From an uncultured Puniceicoccaceae bacterium (lineage in GTDB: Bacteria > Verrucomicrobiota > Verrucomicrobiia > Opitutales > Coraliomargaritaceae): a stretch of 64,000 bases of DNA. The first letter of the stretch is position 1. Each line of letters begins with the position of its first letter. This document shows positions 18,379 through 30,078 of the stretch, piece by piece. Location of the stretch: positions 18,393-82,392 of the forward strand of contig CAZTSB010000072.1 in assembly GCA_964616435.1 (NCBI GenBank), read 5' to 3'. A model generated the notes under the pieces. That model saw only the letters and a list, made by a program, of their open reading frames with translations, was not told where the DNA came from and searched no databases. A program made the position numbers and the translations under genes.

Positions 18379-19926
18379 ATGGCAGATCATATCGCAGTAC
18401 TCGACTTTGGCTCCCAATACACGCAGGTGATTGCACGCCGCATCCGCGAGGCAAATGTGCTTTCTCGCATTTATCCTTATAATACACAGGCCGGCGTGCT
18501 CGAAGAGGCGGGCGCCAAAGGCATTATTTTATCCGGTGGTCCGGCCTCAGTCCTGGTTGAAGATGCGCCGCTGCCGGATAAGGGTGTATTTGAAATGGGT
18601 CTTCCGATGCTCGGTATTTGTTACGGCGAGCAATTGATGGCGCATCTGCTTGGTGGACGGGTAGGGAAGAGCACGGAACGTGAGTTTGGCCACGGCACCC
18701 TGGAGATTCGGACAAAGGGTAAGTTGTTCGATGGACTTCCCGATACTCTTAGTGTCTGGAACTCTCATGGTGACCGGCTGGAGCAACTTCCCGAAGGTTT
18801 CGAAGCGATTGCAGCTACGGAGAATTCGCCGTATGCGACCATCCAGGACTCGCAACGGCAGTTTTACGGGATGCAATTTCATCCGGAGGTCGCTCACTCG
18901 GAGATGGGCACTGAGATCATTGCGAACTTTCTGTTCAAGGTATGCGGCTGTGAAACCAATTGGTCGATGGCCGACTTTATTGAACAAAGTATTGAGAAGA
19001 TCAAGGATGCCGTTGGTGAGGAATGTGTGATTCTGGGGCTTTCCGGTGGGGTGGATTCATCAGTTGCCGCTGCGCTGATCCATAAAGCCATAGGTACACA
19101 GCTCACCTGCGTCTTTGTTGACAATGGGCTGCTGCGCCTGCACGAGCGCGAGCAGGTGGAGAAGCTCTACAGTGACCACTTCCATCTGGATGTGCGCGTT
19201 GCAGACAAAGGAAAGCTTTTTCTGGAGCGGCTTGATGGCGTTTCGGATCCTGAAACCAAACGTAAAATCATAGGCAACACCTTCGTCGAGGTCTTTGATG
19301 AGGCAGTCAGCCAGTTGAAGGAAAAGGGCAATTATACCTTTCTGGCGCAGGGAACTCTGTATTCGGACGTGATTGAATCCGTTGCGATTGATGGTAGTCC
19401 GGCGGCGCTGATCAAGAGCCATCACAATGTCGGAGGGCTTCCGGAAAAGATGGATCTAAAGCTTCTCGAACCGCTTCGCGAGTTATTCAAAGACGAAGTG
19501 CGGGAACTGGGCTCACAGCTAGGCCTGCCGAAAGAAGTTGTCTGGCGCCAGCCATTCCCCGGTCCCGGTCTGGGTGTGCGTGTTATGGGACCCATACGGG
19601 AGCCAGACCTTAAAGTGTTACGCAAGGCTGATGCGATTTTGCAGGAAGAGATGCTGGCCGCGGATCTGTACTACAAAGTGTGGCAATCCTTCTGTGTATT
19701 TTTACCTGTAAAGACAGTCGGCGTGATGGGTGACGAACGCACCTACGAAAACGTCATTGCATTGCGCATAGTCGAGAGTATCGATGCGATGACCGCCGAC
19801 TGGGCACGTGTCCCATACGATCTTTTGCGAAAGATATCCGGCAGGATTATTAATGAAGTTGCGGGGTGTAATCGTGTGGTGCTGGACATCAGTTCCAAAC
19901 CACCCAGCACGATTGAATGGGAATAG
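18379..19926 (+). CDS. guaA: GMP synthase (glutamine-hydrolysing)
   Basis: [44 protein letters not shown]. Confidence 0.99.
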   Translation: MADHIAVLDFGSQYTQVIARRIREANVLSRIYPYNTQAGVLEEAGAKGIILSGGPASVLVEDAPLPDKGVFEMGLPMLGICYGEQLMAHLLGGRVGKSTEREFGHGTLEIRTKGKLFDGLPDTLSVWNSHGDRLEQLPEGFEAIAATENSPYATIQDSQRQFYGMQFHPEVAHSEMGTEIIANFLFKVCGCETNWSMADFIEQSIEKIKDAVGEECVILGLSGGVDSSVAAALIHKAIGTQLTCVFVDNGLLRLHEREQVEKLYSDHFHLDVRVADKGKLFLERLDGVSDPETKRKIIGNTFVEVFDEAVSQLKEKGNYTFLAQGTLYSDVIESVAIDGSPAALIKSHHNVGGLPEKMDLKLLEPLRELFKDEVRELGSQLGLPKEVVWRQPFPGPGLGVRVMGPIREPDLKVLRKADAILQEEMLAADLYYKVWQSFCVFLPVKTVGVMGDERTYENVIALRIVESIDAMTADWARVPYDLLRKISGRIINEVAGCNRVVLDISSKPPSTIEWE

Positions 19927-19998
19927 CGAGATTAATCGAGTTTATGTGCATGTTTGCCCTGAACATTTTATATTCCTGCCAGTCTGAAGACGTTGACC

Positions 19999-20733
19999 AT
20001 GAAACTATTGTCCCTTTACAGTTTAATGCTCACGGCAGTCTCTTTGGCTGCTTCCGAACCTACGATTCAGGCAATTATCGAAAGTGCCCGTGCAACCGTC
20101 GGGACAGAAGTTGCTCTGGATGGCCTGGTCACCCTGAAAGTCAATGGCGCCATAAAGCCGGCTGACCCAAGGCTGCCAGGTGCACGGATTTTACGCATTG
20201 TCCGAAAGCCCTGTTCGCAGCGTCTGGAGGTGCATATCGACGATATTATCGAGACAACACTGTTAGAGGGGCAGTCAGGTTGTATTATTCGTTCAAATCC
20301 GTGCAGTCCTGATGGCCGTCCCGAGTTGCGCAAGATGACCCCTGAGGAAATCCGGCGTGTGGCCTTTAATACTCGGCAGCTTTTCAGCATGTACAGGGAA
20401 GACTCCGAAAATGGCGAGACCGTCGATTATGAAGGCATTGAGCAGCGACGAGGACTTCAATGCCACAAACTGATCTATTCCTATCCGAACGGAGTCTCGA
20501 CAACACGTTATTTTTCGGTCGAGGGCAAACAACTGGTTTCCACGATTACAGACAAAGGTGTTGAAATTGTCGAGATCGGCAGTCAGAAAATCAAAGGTAT
20601 TCGATTTCCCGAACGGATTGAGTACTATCAGGAGGACAAGCTTTTGCACACGCTGGTTCTGAAGAAAATTGAAGTGAACAAACCCCTTGAGTGCGGAATC
20701 TTCACCATCCCGGTCGTTCGGCAAACAAAGTAG
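19999..20733 (+). CDS. Exported hypothetical protein, possibly LolA/outer-membrane-sorting-like fold
   Basis: Signal-peptide-like N-terminus; C-terminal GIRFPERIEY...IEVNKPL...F pattern. Confidence 0.55.
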   Translation: MKLLSLYSLMLTAVSLAASEPTIQAIIESARATVGTEVALDGLVTLKVNGAIKPADPRLPGARILRIVRKPCSQRLEVHIDDIIETTLLEGQSGCIIRSNPCSPDGRPELRKMTPEEIRRVAFNTRQLFSMYREDSENGETVDYEGIEQRRGLQCHKLIYSYPNGVSTTRYFSVEGKQLVSTITDKGVEIVEIGSQKIKGIRFPERIEYYQEDKLLHTLVLKKIEVNKPLECGIFTIPVVRQTK

Positions 20734-20779
20734 ATGCTCAGCCTTGCGGATTGTGCCATTCATGGTTTTCTTACCAACT

Positions 20780-22096
20780 ATGCGAATCCTCAGCTTTTCA
20801 AACACACCGCAATTCTTCGCTTCGCTGGGCAAATACTGTGCTTCGGTTATCGACTCTGCGGATGTATCCGATAAGGTTGCCGACGTTCTCTCGAAGGTAA
20901 AGGCCGGCGGCGATAAGGCCGTACTTGAGTACACCCGCCAATTCGACGGCGCCCGGCTCACCGCAAAGAAAATGCGAGTGAGCGCTGAAGAGTTGAAATC
21001 GGCAGTAAAAACCCTTGCTCCCGAAGAGCGCAGCGCGATCCGTCAGTCCATCGCACAGGTGAAAAGCTTTCACAAAAAGACGTTACCCAGAAACTGGAAA
21101 GACAAGAATAGTCAGGGCGGTATTGTCGGTGAGCAATTTTATCCGATTCAGCGCGCCGGGCTTTACATTCCCGGAGGCAATGTGCCACTGGTTTCAACCG
21201 TGGTCATGACTGCGGTTTTGGCGAAGCTGGTAAAATGCCCGGAGATTTGTGTATGCACGCCACCCAAAGCCGACGGATCGGTCGAGCCGGGCATGCTTGC
21301 AGTACTTTCAATGATTGGTGTCGAGGAAGTCTATAAAATCGGGGGAGCACAGGCAATTGGCGCAATGGCATATGGGACGAAGACCATTCCTGCGGTAGAT
21401 AAGATTTTCGGCCCTGGAAATGCCTACGTCATGGAAGCAAAGCGTCAGGTGCTCGGTACGGTTGGTATCGACCTGTTGCCAGGGCCCAGTGAAGTGATGA
21501 TTATTGCCGATGCCGGAGCCAATCCTGCCCATGTTGCGGCTGACTTGCTGGCACAAGCTGAGCACGGCAGTGGCAAAGAGATTATTTACCTTGCCACTAC
21601 CAGCAAAGCGCTGCTGGGCAAAGTTGAGCAGTCGATTGCCAGACAACTCCCCGAATGTTCACATGCGGAAAGTTGTGACAAAGTCCTGAAATCGCGCTTT
21701 CTGACCGTACTCTGCAAGACTCTGGATCAGGCAGCTCAGGTAGCCAATTACATCGCTCCCGAACACCTGGAGCTACAGGTTGCCGATAAATCAATCAATG
21801 GACTGACCCGAAAAATAACAACCGCGGGCGCGATACTGCAAGGCTACATGACACCAACAGTACTGGGAGATTTTACCGCCGGACCCAGCCACACACTCCC
21901 GACCGGCCGCGCCGGCCGTTTTTACAGCGGATTACAGGCTACCGATTTCATGCGCCGCTCCAGCATCGTACGCTACGATGCGAAGAGTCTCGCCAATGCC
22001 GCCCCGGTGGTAGTAACCTTCGCACGTCTGGAAAAGCTGGACGCCCACGGCAAATCGCTGACGGCACGATTAAACCTAAACCGGCAAGCCAAATAA
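20780..22096 (+). CDS. hisD: Histidinol dehydrogenase
   Basis: GLYIPGG, GGAQAIGAMAYG, GPGNAYV, GPSE, AQAEH, APEHL, GPSHTLPT. Confidence 0.97.
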   Translation: MRILSFSNTPQFFASLGKYCASVIDSADVSDKVADVLSKVKAGGDKAVLEYTRQFDGARLTAKKMRVSAEELKSAVKTLAPEERSAIRQSIAQVKSFHKKTLPRNWKDKNSQGGIVGEQFYPIQRAGLYIPGGNVPLVSTVVMTAVLAKLVKCPEICVCTPPKADGSVEPGMLAVLSMIGVEEVYKIGGAQAIGAMAYGTKTIPAVDKIFGPGNAYVMEAKRQVLGTVGIDLLPGPSEVMIIADAGANPAHVAADLLAQAEHGSGKEIIYLATTSKALLGKVEQSIARQLPECSHAESCDKVLKSRFLTVLCKTLDQAAQVANYIAPEHLELQVADKSINGLTRKITTAGAILQGYMTPTVLGDFTAGPSHTLPTGRAGRFYSGLQATDFMRRSSIVRYDAKSLANAAPVVVTFARLEKLDAHGKSLTARLNLNRQAK

Positions 22097-22157
22097 AGTT
22101 ACCTTGGTAAAACCAAGGATTGAACTTTGCCAAACGTGGCGCACTAATGGACTTCTT

Positions 22158-22532
22158 ATGGAGATCGAGACTTTTCCCAATCCAAATCAGGGCCGCGATT
22201 ATACAATTCAGCATATTCAGGAGGAATTTACGTCCACCTGTCCGATGACCGGACATCCGGATTATGCAACGGTTGTCTTTAGCTATGTGCCGGACAAGGT
22301 GTGCATCGAGTTGAAAGCGATGAAGCTCTACCTGCATACGTATCGGAACAAAGGTATTTTCTTTGAAGCGGCGACCAACGCCATTTTCGAGGATTTATAC
22401 GCTGTGACTCAGCCGCGTTGGGCGCGTCTGGAAACGATCTGGCGTGGGCGTGGCGGAATTCGTTCCAACGTGGTTGTTGAAGATCAGCAGGATGGCTACG
22501 CTGGCCCGAAAACGTCGTTGTACGAACGTTGA
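22158..22532 (+). CDS. queF: NADPH-dependent preQ0 reductase
   Basis: EFTSTCPMTGHPD, ELKAMKLY, RGGI. Confidence 0.93.
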   Translation: MEIETFPNPNQGRDYTIQHIQEEFTSTCPMTGHPDYATVVFSYVPDKVCIELKAMKLYLHTYRNKGIFFEAATNAIFEDLYAVTQPRWARLETIWRGRGGIRSNVVVEDQQDGYAGPKTSLYER

Positions 22533-22616
22533 ACTCTTTGAATTTTGAAACTCTCTTTGACCGTCGAACTTTGAACGCTGAATGTTGGTTTTTGAGGGGC
22601 GGGGGACTATTTTGAA

Positions 22617-23885
22617 TTGCATGTGAGAGAACCGTTTAAAGTTGCATTTCAGGTAACGCGTTGGTTGATGCTGATTTTGCCTGTTTCGATCGTGACGGGT
22701 TGTCTGGTTGCTCTGTTTTTGTGGCTGCTAGAGTGGGCAACGCAGGTTCGAAAGGCGAATTTATGGATTGTTGGTTTCTTGCCAGTTGCCGGGGTTTTTA
22801 TTTACTGGCTTTATGCCAGATACGGTAAAAATACAGAGAGGGGCAATGATCTGATCCTGGATACAATTCACCGGGAGGCGAAGGGCGAGATTCCGCTGCG
22901 TATGGCTCCTTTGGTGCTGGCAACGACTGTGATTACTCATTTGTTTGGCGGTTCTGCCGGGAGGGAAGGTACGGCAATCCAGATGGGGGGCAGTGTGGCT
23001 GATTTTTGTGCCATGAGGTATCGGCTTCGATCGGAGGATCGACGTATTTTGTTGATGGCGGGTATTGCGGCCGGATTTGGTGCCGTGTTTGGCACGCCGG
23101 TTGCCGGAGCTGTGTTTGCGCTGGAGGTTCTGGCAATTGGCCGTATCCAGTACGATGCATTGTTGCCCTGCCTGATTGCCAGTCTGGTGGGTGATATGGT
23201 CTGCACCTCGTTTCCGATTCATCATCCGGACTTTTCGATTGTGTATACGTTCGATGGAATGATAACGGCAGGGAGGTTCGAATTTTTGTTGTTGCTGGCA
23301 AATGTGTTTCTTGCCGGCGCCTGTTTCGGGCTGGTCGGTCGTTGTTTTGCCGGACTTTCACATATTGTAAAACAGTTGAGTCGTCGTTTCATTTCACGAT
23401 CGTGGCAAATTCCGATCCTGGGCGGTCTGTTGGTTTTGGGCATTAGCTATTTGCTGGGCACGACTGATTATCTTGGGCTGGGAGTCTATGCTTCAAGTGA
23501 AGGAGGTGTTAGCATTCTTTCTGCGTTTTCTGCCGGGGGGGTGGATACGCTTAGCTGGTTTTGGAAGTTGTTGCTGACTGCAATTACTCTGGGGATGGGG
23601 TTTAAGGGTGGTGAGGTAACACCTTTGTTTTTCATCGGCGCTACTCTGGGCCATACGCTGGCGATACTTTCAGGAGCACCTGTTGATTTGTTTGCGGGGC
23701 TTGGCTTTATTGCAGTGTTTGCCGGTGCGACTAATACTCCGTTGGCCTGCATATTTATGGGTATCGAGTTGTTCGGCGCCGAGAATTTGCTTCTGTATGC
23801 GGTTGCCTGCTTTACAGCTTACTATTTCAGTGGCCATAAGGGGATTTATGCGTCACAGCAACTGGCTACGCCTAAGTTTCGCTGA
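22617..23885 (+). CDS. CLC family anion transporter, CLC-F (fluoride/proton antiporter) type
   Basis: GNDLI, GREGT and GGEVTP motifs; multi-TM; start codon uncertain. Confidence 0.85.
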   Translation: MHVREPFKVAFQVTRWLMLILPVSIVTGCLVALFLWLLEWATQVRKANLWIVGFLPVAGVFIYWLYARYGKNTERGNDLILDTIHREAKGEIPLRMAPLVLATTVITHLFGGSAGREGTAIQMGGSVADFCAMRYRLRSEDRRILLMAGIAAGFGAVFGTPVAGAVFALEVLAIGRIQYDALLPCLIASLVGDMVCTSFPIHHPDFSIVYTFDGMITAGRFEFLLLLANVFLAGACFGLVGRCFAGLSHIVKQLSRRFISRSWQIPILGGLLVLGISYLLGTTDYLGLGVYASSEGGVSILSAFSAGGVDTLSWFWKLLLTAITLGMGFKGGEVTPLFFIGATLGHTLAILSGAPVDLFAGLGFIAVFAGATNTPLACIFMGIELFGAENLLLYAVACFTAYYFSGHKGIYASQQLATPKFR

Positions 23886-23915
23886 AGTTAATAAAAACCA
23901 AGCTTTTAAACCTGA

Positions 23916-24827
23916 ATGCACACAAATGACCAACTGAATGCGCCGATCGAGTTTTACAACCGTTACAAGGGTGAGATCGAAACGGAGTCCATCTATGGCG
24001 AGACACTTTTGCGCTGGTCTTATGGGAATCCTCTGGGACAAGTGATGGTTGCATTGGCAGTTAAGCGACTCTGGTTTTCGCGTTGGTACGGTTGGCGAAT
24101 GGATAGACCTGCAAGTCGCAAAAAAATAGTGCCGTTTATTCGAGAGTATGGTGTCAATGTAGACGAATTTGCTGCGAAAGTGGATGATTACAGCTCGTTC
24201 AATGAGTTTTTCTACCGCAGGCTCAGGCCGGAGGCACGGCCGATTGTAAGTGGTGAAACTGTTGCCGCCTTTCCTGCAGACGGACGTCATCTTGGAATCC
24301 AAAATGTTAGCGTCGCCGATACTTTTTACATCAAAGGCCAATCGTTTAATTTGGAGGCTTTTCTAGGAGATCGGGATCTTGCGGATGAATTTGAGGGTGG
24401 AGCACTGTTGATTTCCCGTCTTTGTCCGGTGGACTATCATCGGTTCCACTTTCCAGTCGGAGGAACCCCCGGAATGGCGCATACACTGAGCGGGAGCTTG
24501 CGTTCAGTAAGTCCACTGGCCCTGCGGCGGAAACTCTCCATTCTCTGGGAAAATCGTCGCGTGCTCACAGAGATCGCTTCTGAAGCTTTCGGGAAAGTAC
24601 TTGTGGTCGAGATCGGCGCTACCTGCGTAGGTGGTATTCATCAGACCTACGATCCTGAAAGTCCGGTACAAAAAGGTGATGAAAAAGGCTACTTTTCATT
24701 TGGCGGTTCCTGTGTTGCCACCCTCTACAAAAAAGGTGCAATTCGCTTTGACGATGATTTACTGGAACACACGGCAGAGGGCCGCGAAGTGTATGCCAGG
24801 ATGGGTGATCAGTGCGGTGGGATTTGA
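23916..24827 (+). CDS. psd: Phosphatidylserine decarboxylase proenzyme
   Basis: [29 protein letters not shown] cleavage motif. Confidence 0.93.
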   Translation: MHTNDQLNAPIEFYNRYKGEIETESIYGETLLRWSYGNPLGQVMVALAVKRLWFSRWYGWRMDRPASRKKIVPFIREYGVNVDEFAAKVDDYSSFNEFFYRRLRPEARPIVSGETVAAFPADGRHLGIQNVSVADTFYIKGQSFNLEAFLGDRDLADEFEGGALLISRLCPVDYHRFHFPVGGTPGMAHTLSGSLRSVSPLALRRKLSILWENRRVLTEIASEAFGKVLVVEIGATCVGGIHQTYDPESPVQKGDEKGYFSFGGSCVATLYKKGAIRFDDDLLEHTAEGREVYARMGDQCGGI

Positions 24828-24869
24828 AATTTGAGATTTGGAATTTGTTTGCAGCAGAGCCGCACCTCT

Positions 24870-25352
24870 TCAAAAGCTCCAGAGGTAGCTCTGTTTCTGA
24901 GCCAGGATTTGTTCCTGACTGTTTTTGATAGTGAATCGCCAGGCCGCGGGTACGGCGCCTTCCTGTGGCCAGTCGTCACCGGTCAGTCCAATGAAAATCT
25001 CTCGCGTGCTTGGCAAAATTGAGGGAAATTCGAATCGGTGTGTCTGTAAATCGATTGATTTCGAAGTGTAAAATTCACCTTGAATGTAAGCATCGGGAGG
25101 AAGCTTTCGAACGTTCCGATCAATAAACAGTACAAAATAGTAGCCATCGCGCTGTTGTGGATTTGTGCGAATGATAACGCGCTTACCAGAGTTTTCCTTG
25201 CCGGTCATGTACTCTGATATGCGCTTGAATGTCTCTGCTTCAATGTAACGTGGAATGACGTCTACTATTTTTATAGCAGATTCTGACGATTCTTTAGTCG
25301 TGCTGCACGCAACGCTCAAAAGACAGATTAGAGTCAGTAAAAAGATACGCAT
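24870..25352 (-). CDS. Hypothetical lipoprotein
   Basis: Signal peptide with lipobox-like SVAC; ends SYLWSF. Confidence 0.7.
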   Translation of the reverse strand: MRIFLLTLICLLSVACSTTKESSESAIKIVDVIPRYIEAETFKRISEYMTGKENSGKRVIIRTNPQQRDGYYFVLFIDRNVRKLPPDAYIQGEFYTSKSIDLQTHRFEFPSILPSTREIFIGLTGDDWPQEGAVPAAWRFTIKNSQEQILAQKQSYLWSF

Positions 25353-25394
25353 GGAATTGTTGATGATTAAGCGCGGAAACTTGTCAATAGCTGC

Positions 25395-25859
25395 CTATTT
25401 TTTCCTGAGCCAGTGTTCGATTGTAAACTCGGGTTGTTCGAGAATCCTGGCTTTTATGTAAAACTGTGTTTCGAATTCCGGGAAAAATGTATCGCCTTCG
25501 ACAGTTCGGTGGACGCGAGTTAGATAGAGTTCGCTGCATTGGGGTAGCATTTGCCGGTAAATCTCGCTGCCTCCGGCTATCCAGATGGTTTTGTCAGTTT
25601 CCAGAGTTTCCAAATCAGAAAGATTGGTAAAGGTTTCAACGTCGGGGATTTTGCGTGGGCTGCGACTGAGCACAAAGGTTTTTCGGCCGGGAAGTGGCCG
25701 GCCGATTGATTCGTACGTTTTTCGTCCCATCACGAGGATGTGGTCCATAGTTGTGCGTTTAAACCATTTGAAATCTTCCGGTAAATGCCAGGGGATTGCG
25801 CCTTTGTTGCCGATGCATCGATTGTCTGCCATGGCGGCGATCGCTTTGAAGGTGTTCAT
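25395..25859 (-). CDS. folA: Dihydrofolate reductase
   Basis: IG..G.IPWHLPED, MGRKTYESIGRPLPGR, GDTFFP. Confidence 0.97.
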   Translation of the reverse strand: MNTFKAIAAMADNRCIGNKGAIPWHLPEDFKWFKRTTMDHILVMGRKTYESIGRPLPGRKTFVLSRSPRKIPDVETFTNLSDLETLETDKTIWIAGGSEIYRQMLPQCSELYLTRVHRTVEGDTFFPEFETQFYIKARILEQPEFTIEHWLRKK

Positions 25860-25888
25860 TGAAGTGATGTACTGGCTCGGTCCGTTTC

Positions 25889-26716
25889 TTAGATTGCGAT
25901 CGGCGCTTTGATGGTTGGATGTGGGTCGTAATTCACAAGGTCGAAGTCGTCGAATTTGAAACCGTTAATCGTTGTCACATCGGGATTGATTTTCATCTGT
26001 GGTTGAGCGCGTGGCTCACGCGTTAGTTGTAACTTTGCCTGTTCAACATGATTTGCGTACAGGTGCAAATCACCGAAAGTGTGGACAAATTCTTTTGCTT
26101 TAAGCCCACATACCTGAGCTACCATCAGGGTCAGAAGTGCGTAGGAGGCTATGTTAAAGGGTACACCGAGAAAAATGTCGGCGCTGCGCTGGTAGAGCTG
26201 GCAACTCAACTCGCCATCAGCCACATAAAACTGGAAAAGGGCATGGCAGGGAGGCAGCGCCATTTGTCTGAGTTCTCCCGGGTTCCATGCACAGACTATG
26301 TGTCGACGGCTGTCCGGATTGTTTTTGAGCGAGTGAATCACGTCTTCGATTTGATTGATGCGGCTTCCGTCGTTTGCGTGCCAGTCAGTCCATTGCGCTC
26401 CATAAATACGACCCAGATCACCGTTTTCATCGGCCCACTCGTCCCAGATTGTGACTTTGTTGTCTTTCAGATACCGAGTGTTGGTATCGCCTTTTAGAAA
26501 CCAAAGTAACTCGTGTATGATGGATCGCAGGTGGAGCTTCTTGGTGGTTAGCAGTGGGAAATGGGAATGCAGCGAAAAGCGTGTCTGAGCGCCAAATACG
26601 GAATAAGTGCCGGTGCCGGTGCGGTCATCACGATAGGCGCCGTCCTCAAGCACCCTGTGTAGAAGGTCCAGGTAGCGTTCTTCTTCGTGTCTTTCGTGTT
26701 TGTTTGGTTGTGCCAT
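25889..26716 (-). CDS. thyA: Thymidylate synthase
   Basis: [34 protein letters not shown]. Confidence 0.98.
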   Translation of the reverse strand: MAQPNKHERHEEERYLDLLHRVLEDGAYRDDRTGTGTYSVFGAQTRFSLHSHFPLLTTKKLHLRSIIHELLWFLKGDTNTRYLKDNKVTIWDEWADENGDLGRIYGAQWTDWHANDGSRINQIEDVIHSLKNNPDSRRHIVCAWNPGELRQMALPPCHALFQFYVADGELSCQLYQRSADIFLGVPFNIASYALLTLMVAQVCGLKAKEFVHTFGDLHLYANHVEQAKLQLTREPRAQPQMKINPDVTTINGFKFDDFDLVNYDPHPTIKAPIAI

Positions 26717-26754
26717 TTCTTTTTGAAGATTTTAGGGTAAGGTTAAAGTGTCAA

Positions 26755-27117
26755 TTACGCTCTGAACAGAATCTCGGAAATGGCTTCACAAAAGGGTAAT
26801 GCCTGGATTTTTTTTAACAGTGTGCGTTTTCGAAACTGTAATTCCGAGCGAAGTGTTTGATTGGTGACAGAGATAACAAGCGTTTTTCCATCTTTCAGGG
26901 ATAAGGGATTACAGCGTCCTGCAAGATTGCCGAAAATCTCATTCCAGTTTTCAACGATCGTTCGTTCCGGACTGGGGCTTTCGAGCTTATATTTTTCTTT
27001 GATTTGTTCTAAAACCGTATCGAGCGGAATCGGGGCATGCTTTGAAGATTCCGTTACCGTCCTAGGCAATCCGCGGAAGTCTGCTATAATATCTTCAACT
27101 TTTTTGGAGAAATTCAT
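26755..27117 (-). CDS. DciA/DUF721 family protein
   Basis: W.EIFG, LVISV.N..LRSELQF...LLKKI pattern. Confidence 0.75.
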   Translation of the reverse strand: MNFSKKVEDIIADFRGLPRTVTESSKHAPIPLDTVLEQIKEKYKLESPSPERTIVENWNEIFGNLAGRCNPLSLKDGKTLVISVTNQTLRSELQFRKRTLLKKIQALPFCEAISEILFRA

Positions 27118-27279
27118 TGAGTCGGTTGAGCCGAGGTGTGAGTCATTGATTGATTTTAACTATAAATGATGCTTATGTTAGTTTGTTCTGGTATCAGCCA
27201 TGGCGAAAAGTGCAGGAGTACTGATTTTTTTTGATTAAAACACTTGCAAGTATCCAAAAAAATTTGTTGCATCGACTCC

Positions 27280-27399
27280 AGTTCAAAATTTCTCCCGAAA
27301 GGGAGGTTGGGGTAACAAAACAAACCCTGTCCTTGTGACAGGTATAAAGTAGACAATGGTTGGCGCACTTCTTAGGGGTAGGGAGTGCGCCATTTTTTT
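27280..27399 (+). ncRNA. Candidate structured small RNA (unassigned)
   Basis: Hairpins CTCCC-GAAA-GGGAG (27292-27305) and CCTGTC-CTTGT-GACAGG (27326-27342), then a terminator with T-tract on the + strand, where no credible gene lies. 5' end approximate. Confidence 0.45.
27361..27399 (+). terminator. Intrinsic terminator
   Basis: TGGCGCACTTCTT...AGGGAGTGCGCCA stem followed by T7. Confidence 0.8.
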
Positions 27400-28447
27400 A
27401 AAGGCTAAGTTCGAGTTGTTCCGGCTGATCGCCTATATCTGCAAAACGTACTCCCAGCCCGAGCAAACGTACCGGTTTGCCGCTGCGGCCCCAGGCTTCG
27501 TGCAAAAGCTGGAGATAGCTGTTGAGTTCAGGTTGCCGGCTTGTGATCTCGGCAGTGGTGCGGCGAAAATCGCTGAATTTTAATTTTACCAGAATTTTTG
27601 CAATCTGGCGGTCAACGGCTGCTTTTTGCAGGGTTTCTACCAACTCTCTGTACTGGATTTTCAAAGCATCTTCACAGGCTTCCAGAGTTTCGATATTTTT
27701 GTCGAAGGTATGCTCGTTACTCATGCTCTTGCGAACGCGGTTGGGTTGAACCGGGCGTTCGTCGATCCCACGACACAAATAGTAAAGTTCGGGGCCGAAA
27801 CTGCCAAACTCACGGGCGAGTGCGGTTTGACTGTAGTTTTGAAGATCACCACAGGTTTGAACATCCATCTCAGATAATCGTGCGGCACTTTTGGGGCCGA
27901 CACCCCATAGGCAACGGACTGGCAAGTCCTGCATAAAAGCGCTCACTTTTGAAGGAGAAACGACGCACTGTCCATTGGGTTTATTCCAGTCGCTAGCGAT
28001 TTTGGCAATTAGTTTGTTGGGTCCAACACCGGCAGAAGCTGTCAGTTTTGTTTCATTGTAAATCGTAGCGCGTATTTCCTTTGCGATTTCTGCACCACGG
28101 CGTTTTTGCCGGGTGACATCCAGGTAGGCTTCGTCGAGTGAGAGTGGTTCAACCAATTCGGTGTAGCGTTTGAAAATGGATCGAATCCGGTGTGAAGCTT
28201 GTCGATAGAGATCAAAACGCACTGGTAGTACAATAAGATGCGGGCAGAGTTTTTTTGCTTTAAAAACCGGCATTGCCGAGTGAATCCCGTACTTGCGAGC
28301 GACGTAGTTACAAGTGGTCAACACGCCACGACCTGAAGAACCACCAACTGCGATGGGTTTGTCAACGAGTGCGGGGCGCTCACGCATTTCTACGGATGCA
28401 TAGAAGCAGTCCATATCAATATGTATGATGCGGCGAGCTGTTCGCAT
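27398..28447 (-). CDS. dinB: DNA polymerase IV
   Basis: IIHIDMDCFYASVE, SLDEAYLD, AKIASDWNKPNG, VRLLG. Confidence 0.97.
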   Translation of the reverse strand: MRTARRIIHIDMDCFYASVEMRERPALVDKPIAVGGSSGRGVLTTCNYVARKYGIHSAMPVFKAKKLCPHLIVLPVRFDLYRQASHRIRSIFKRYTELVEPLSLDEAYLDVTRQKRRGAEIAKEIRATIYNETKLTASAGVGPNKLIAKIASDWNKPNGQCVVSPSKVSAFMQDLPVRCLWGVGPKSAARLSEMDVQTCGDLQNYSQTALAREFGSFGPELYYLCRGIDERPVQPNRVRKSMSNEHTFDKNIETLEACEDALKIQYRELVETLQKAAVDRQIAKILVKLKFSDFRRTTAEITSRQPELNSYLQLLHEAWGRSGKPVRLLGLGVRFADIGDQPEQLELSL

Positions 28448-28530
28448 GATGGGTTTTGTTAAAAAAGAAGATTTGACACTCGCCAAGCTAACAGGGACTT
28501 CAAGTATAGACAAAATTTACAAACAGAATT

Positions 28531-30078
28531 ATGCAAAAAACAGCACTTATTTCCGTCAGTGACAAATCTGCCCTTGTGCCCTTTGCCAAAGCTTTGGTCG
28601 AGCAGCATGATTACCGGTTGCTCTCGACCGGTGGCACGGCAAAACTTCTTGAAAAAGAAGGTATACCGGTCGTCGAAGTTAGCGATTATACCGGTTTTCC
28701 CGAGATGATGGAGGGGCGCGTCAAAACGCTGCATCCAAAGATTCACGGAGGACTGCTCGCACGTCGTGACAAGGCTGAGCATATGGCTGCTGCGGATGAG
28801 CACGGTATCGATATGATCGATCTTGTTGTCGTCAATCTGTATCCTTTTGAAGAAACAGTGGCTAAGCCGGATGTTACTTTTGATCTGGCAATCGAAAATA
28901 TAGATATTGGCGGTCCGTCGATGTTGCGCAGTGCGGCAAAAAACCATGCTTCGGTTACTGTGGTAGTCGACAGTTCTGACTACGATCGTGTTCTGGCTGC
29001 GATGGATGATGAATCTGCGCTTAAAGCACTTCGCCGCGAACTGGCGCTCAAGGTATTCCAGCGCACAGCAAGTTACGACAAGGCGATTGCAGCGTATCTC
29101 GAAAGTCAGGTAAGTGAGCCGAGTATGGATGCCATCTCGGATATTCCGGCAGAACTGAGCATTCAGTTTCCCCGGATAAAGAGTCTACGCTACGGCGAGA
29201 ATCCACATCAGAAGGCCGCATTATACGGCAGCTTTTTTGACTGTTTTGAGCAACTTCAGGGGAAGGAGTTGAGTTTTAACAACATTATAGATATAACGGC
29301 TGCGGCCTATTTGATCGGTGAGTTTCAAAAGCCAACTGTAGCGATCCTGAAACACACGAATCCCTGTGGAGTCGCCAGTGCAGATTCGTTGGTTGAAGCC
29401 TGGGAGCAAGCTTTTGCTACCGATAGGCAAGCGCCTTTCGGTGGCATCATTGTTGTCAATCAGACCATGGATGCAGACCTCGCCGAAATCATTAGCAAGA
29501 TTTTCTGCGAAGTCATCATCGCGCCGGACTTTACGCCAGCAGCACTTAAATTTTTTGCCAAAAAGAAAAACCTGCGATTGATGAAGGTAAAAGGCGCCTT
29601 GCCTGCTGATTCATTGCGAGAAGTCCGTTCAGTCATCGGTGGCGTCTTGTTGCAGGATCGAGATACGATGCCGGATCGGCCAAGTGACTGGAAAGTTGTC
29701 TCCAAACGCCAGCCTACGGACGAAGAAATGCGTGCGATGATATTTGGCTGGAACGTCGTCAAACATGTAAAATCCAACGCGATTGTTTACGCTGGCTGCG
29801 AACGTACGCTCGGAGTCGGAGCCGGTCAGATGTCTCGGGTGGACAGCTCGCAAATTGCTGTCTGGAAGGCTGGTGAAGCCGGCTTGTCGCTGAAAGGTTC
29901 AATTATTGCCTCCGACGCGTTCTTCCCATTTGCCGATGGACTGATTGCTGCCGCCAAGGCCGGGGCCAAAGCAGCCATTCAGCCTGGTGGATCCATACGT
30001 GACGAAGAAGTAATCGCCGCCGCAGATGAGCGCGATATAGTGATGGTCTTTACCGGCAAGCGACACTTCAGGCATTAA
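28531..30078 (+). CDS. purH: Bifunctional AICAR transformylase/IMP cyclohydrolase
   Basis: [50 protein letters not shown]. Confidence 0.99.
   Translation: MQKTALISVSDKSALVPFAKALVEQHDYRLLSTGGTAKLLEKEGIPVVEVSDYTGFPEMMEGRVKTLHPKIHGGLLARRDKAEHMAAADEHGIDMIDLVVVNLYPFEETVAKPDVTFDLAIENIDIGGPSMLRSAAKNHASVTVVVDSSDYDRVLAAMDDESALKALRRELALKVFQRTASYDKAIAAYLESQVSEPSMDAISDIPAELSIQFPRIKSLRYGENPHQKAALYGSFFDCFEQLQGKELSFNNIIDITAAAYLIGEFQKPTVAILKHTNPCGVASADSLVEAWEQAFATDRQAPFGGIIVVNQTMDADLAEIISKIFCEVIIAPDFTPAALKFFAKKKNLRLMKVKGALPADSLREVRSVIGGVLLQDRDTMPDRPSDWKVVSKRQPTDEEMRAMIFGWNVVKHVKSNAIVYAGCERTLGVGAGQMSRVDSSQIAVWKAGEAGLSLKGSIIASDAFFPFADGLIAAAKAGAKAAIQPGGSIRDEEVIAAADERDIVMVFTGKRHFRH

Noticed and set aside
18379..19998. 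guaA as the integration site of the PKS island
   Set aside because: Such islands use the guaA 3' end; the PKS block is upstream, with no integrase or duplicated guaA end
22533..22616. Fluoride riboswitch upstream of the CLC-F gene
   Set aside because: No GGCGATGG...CC / TGA..CT pseudoknot pattern seen; the leader is heptamer repeat
28448..28530. Verrucomicrobial LexA box (TGTTC-N4-GAACA) upstream of dinB
   Set aside because: Motif not present in the dinB-purH intergenic region
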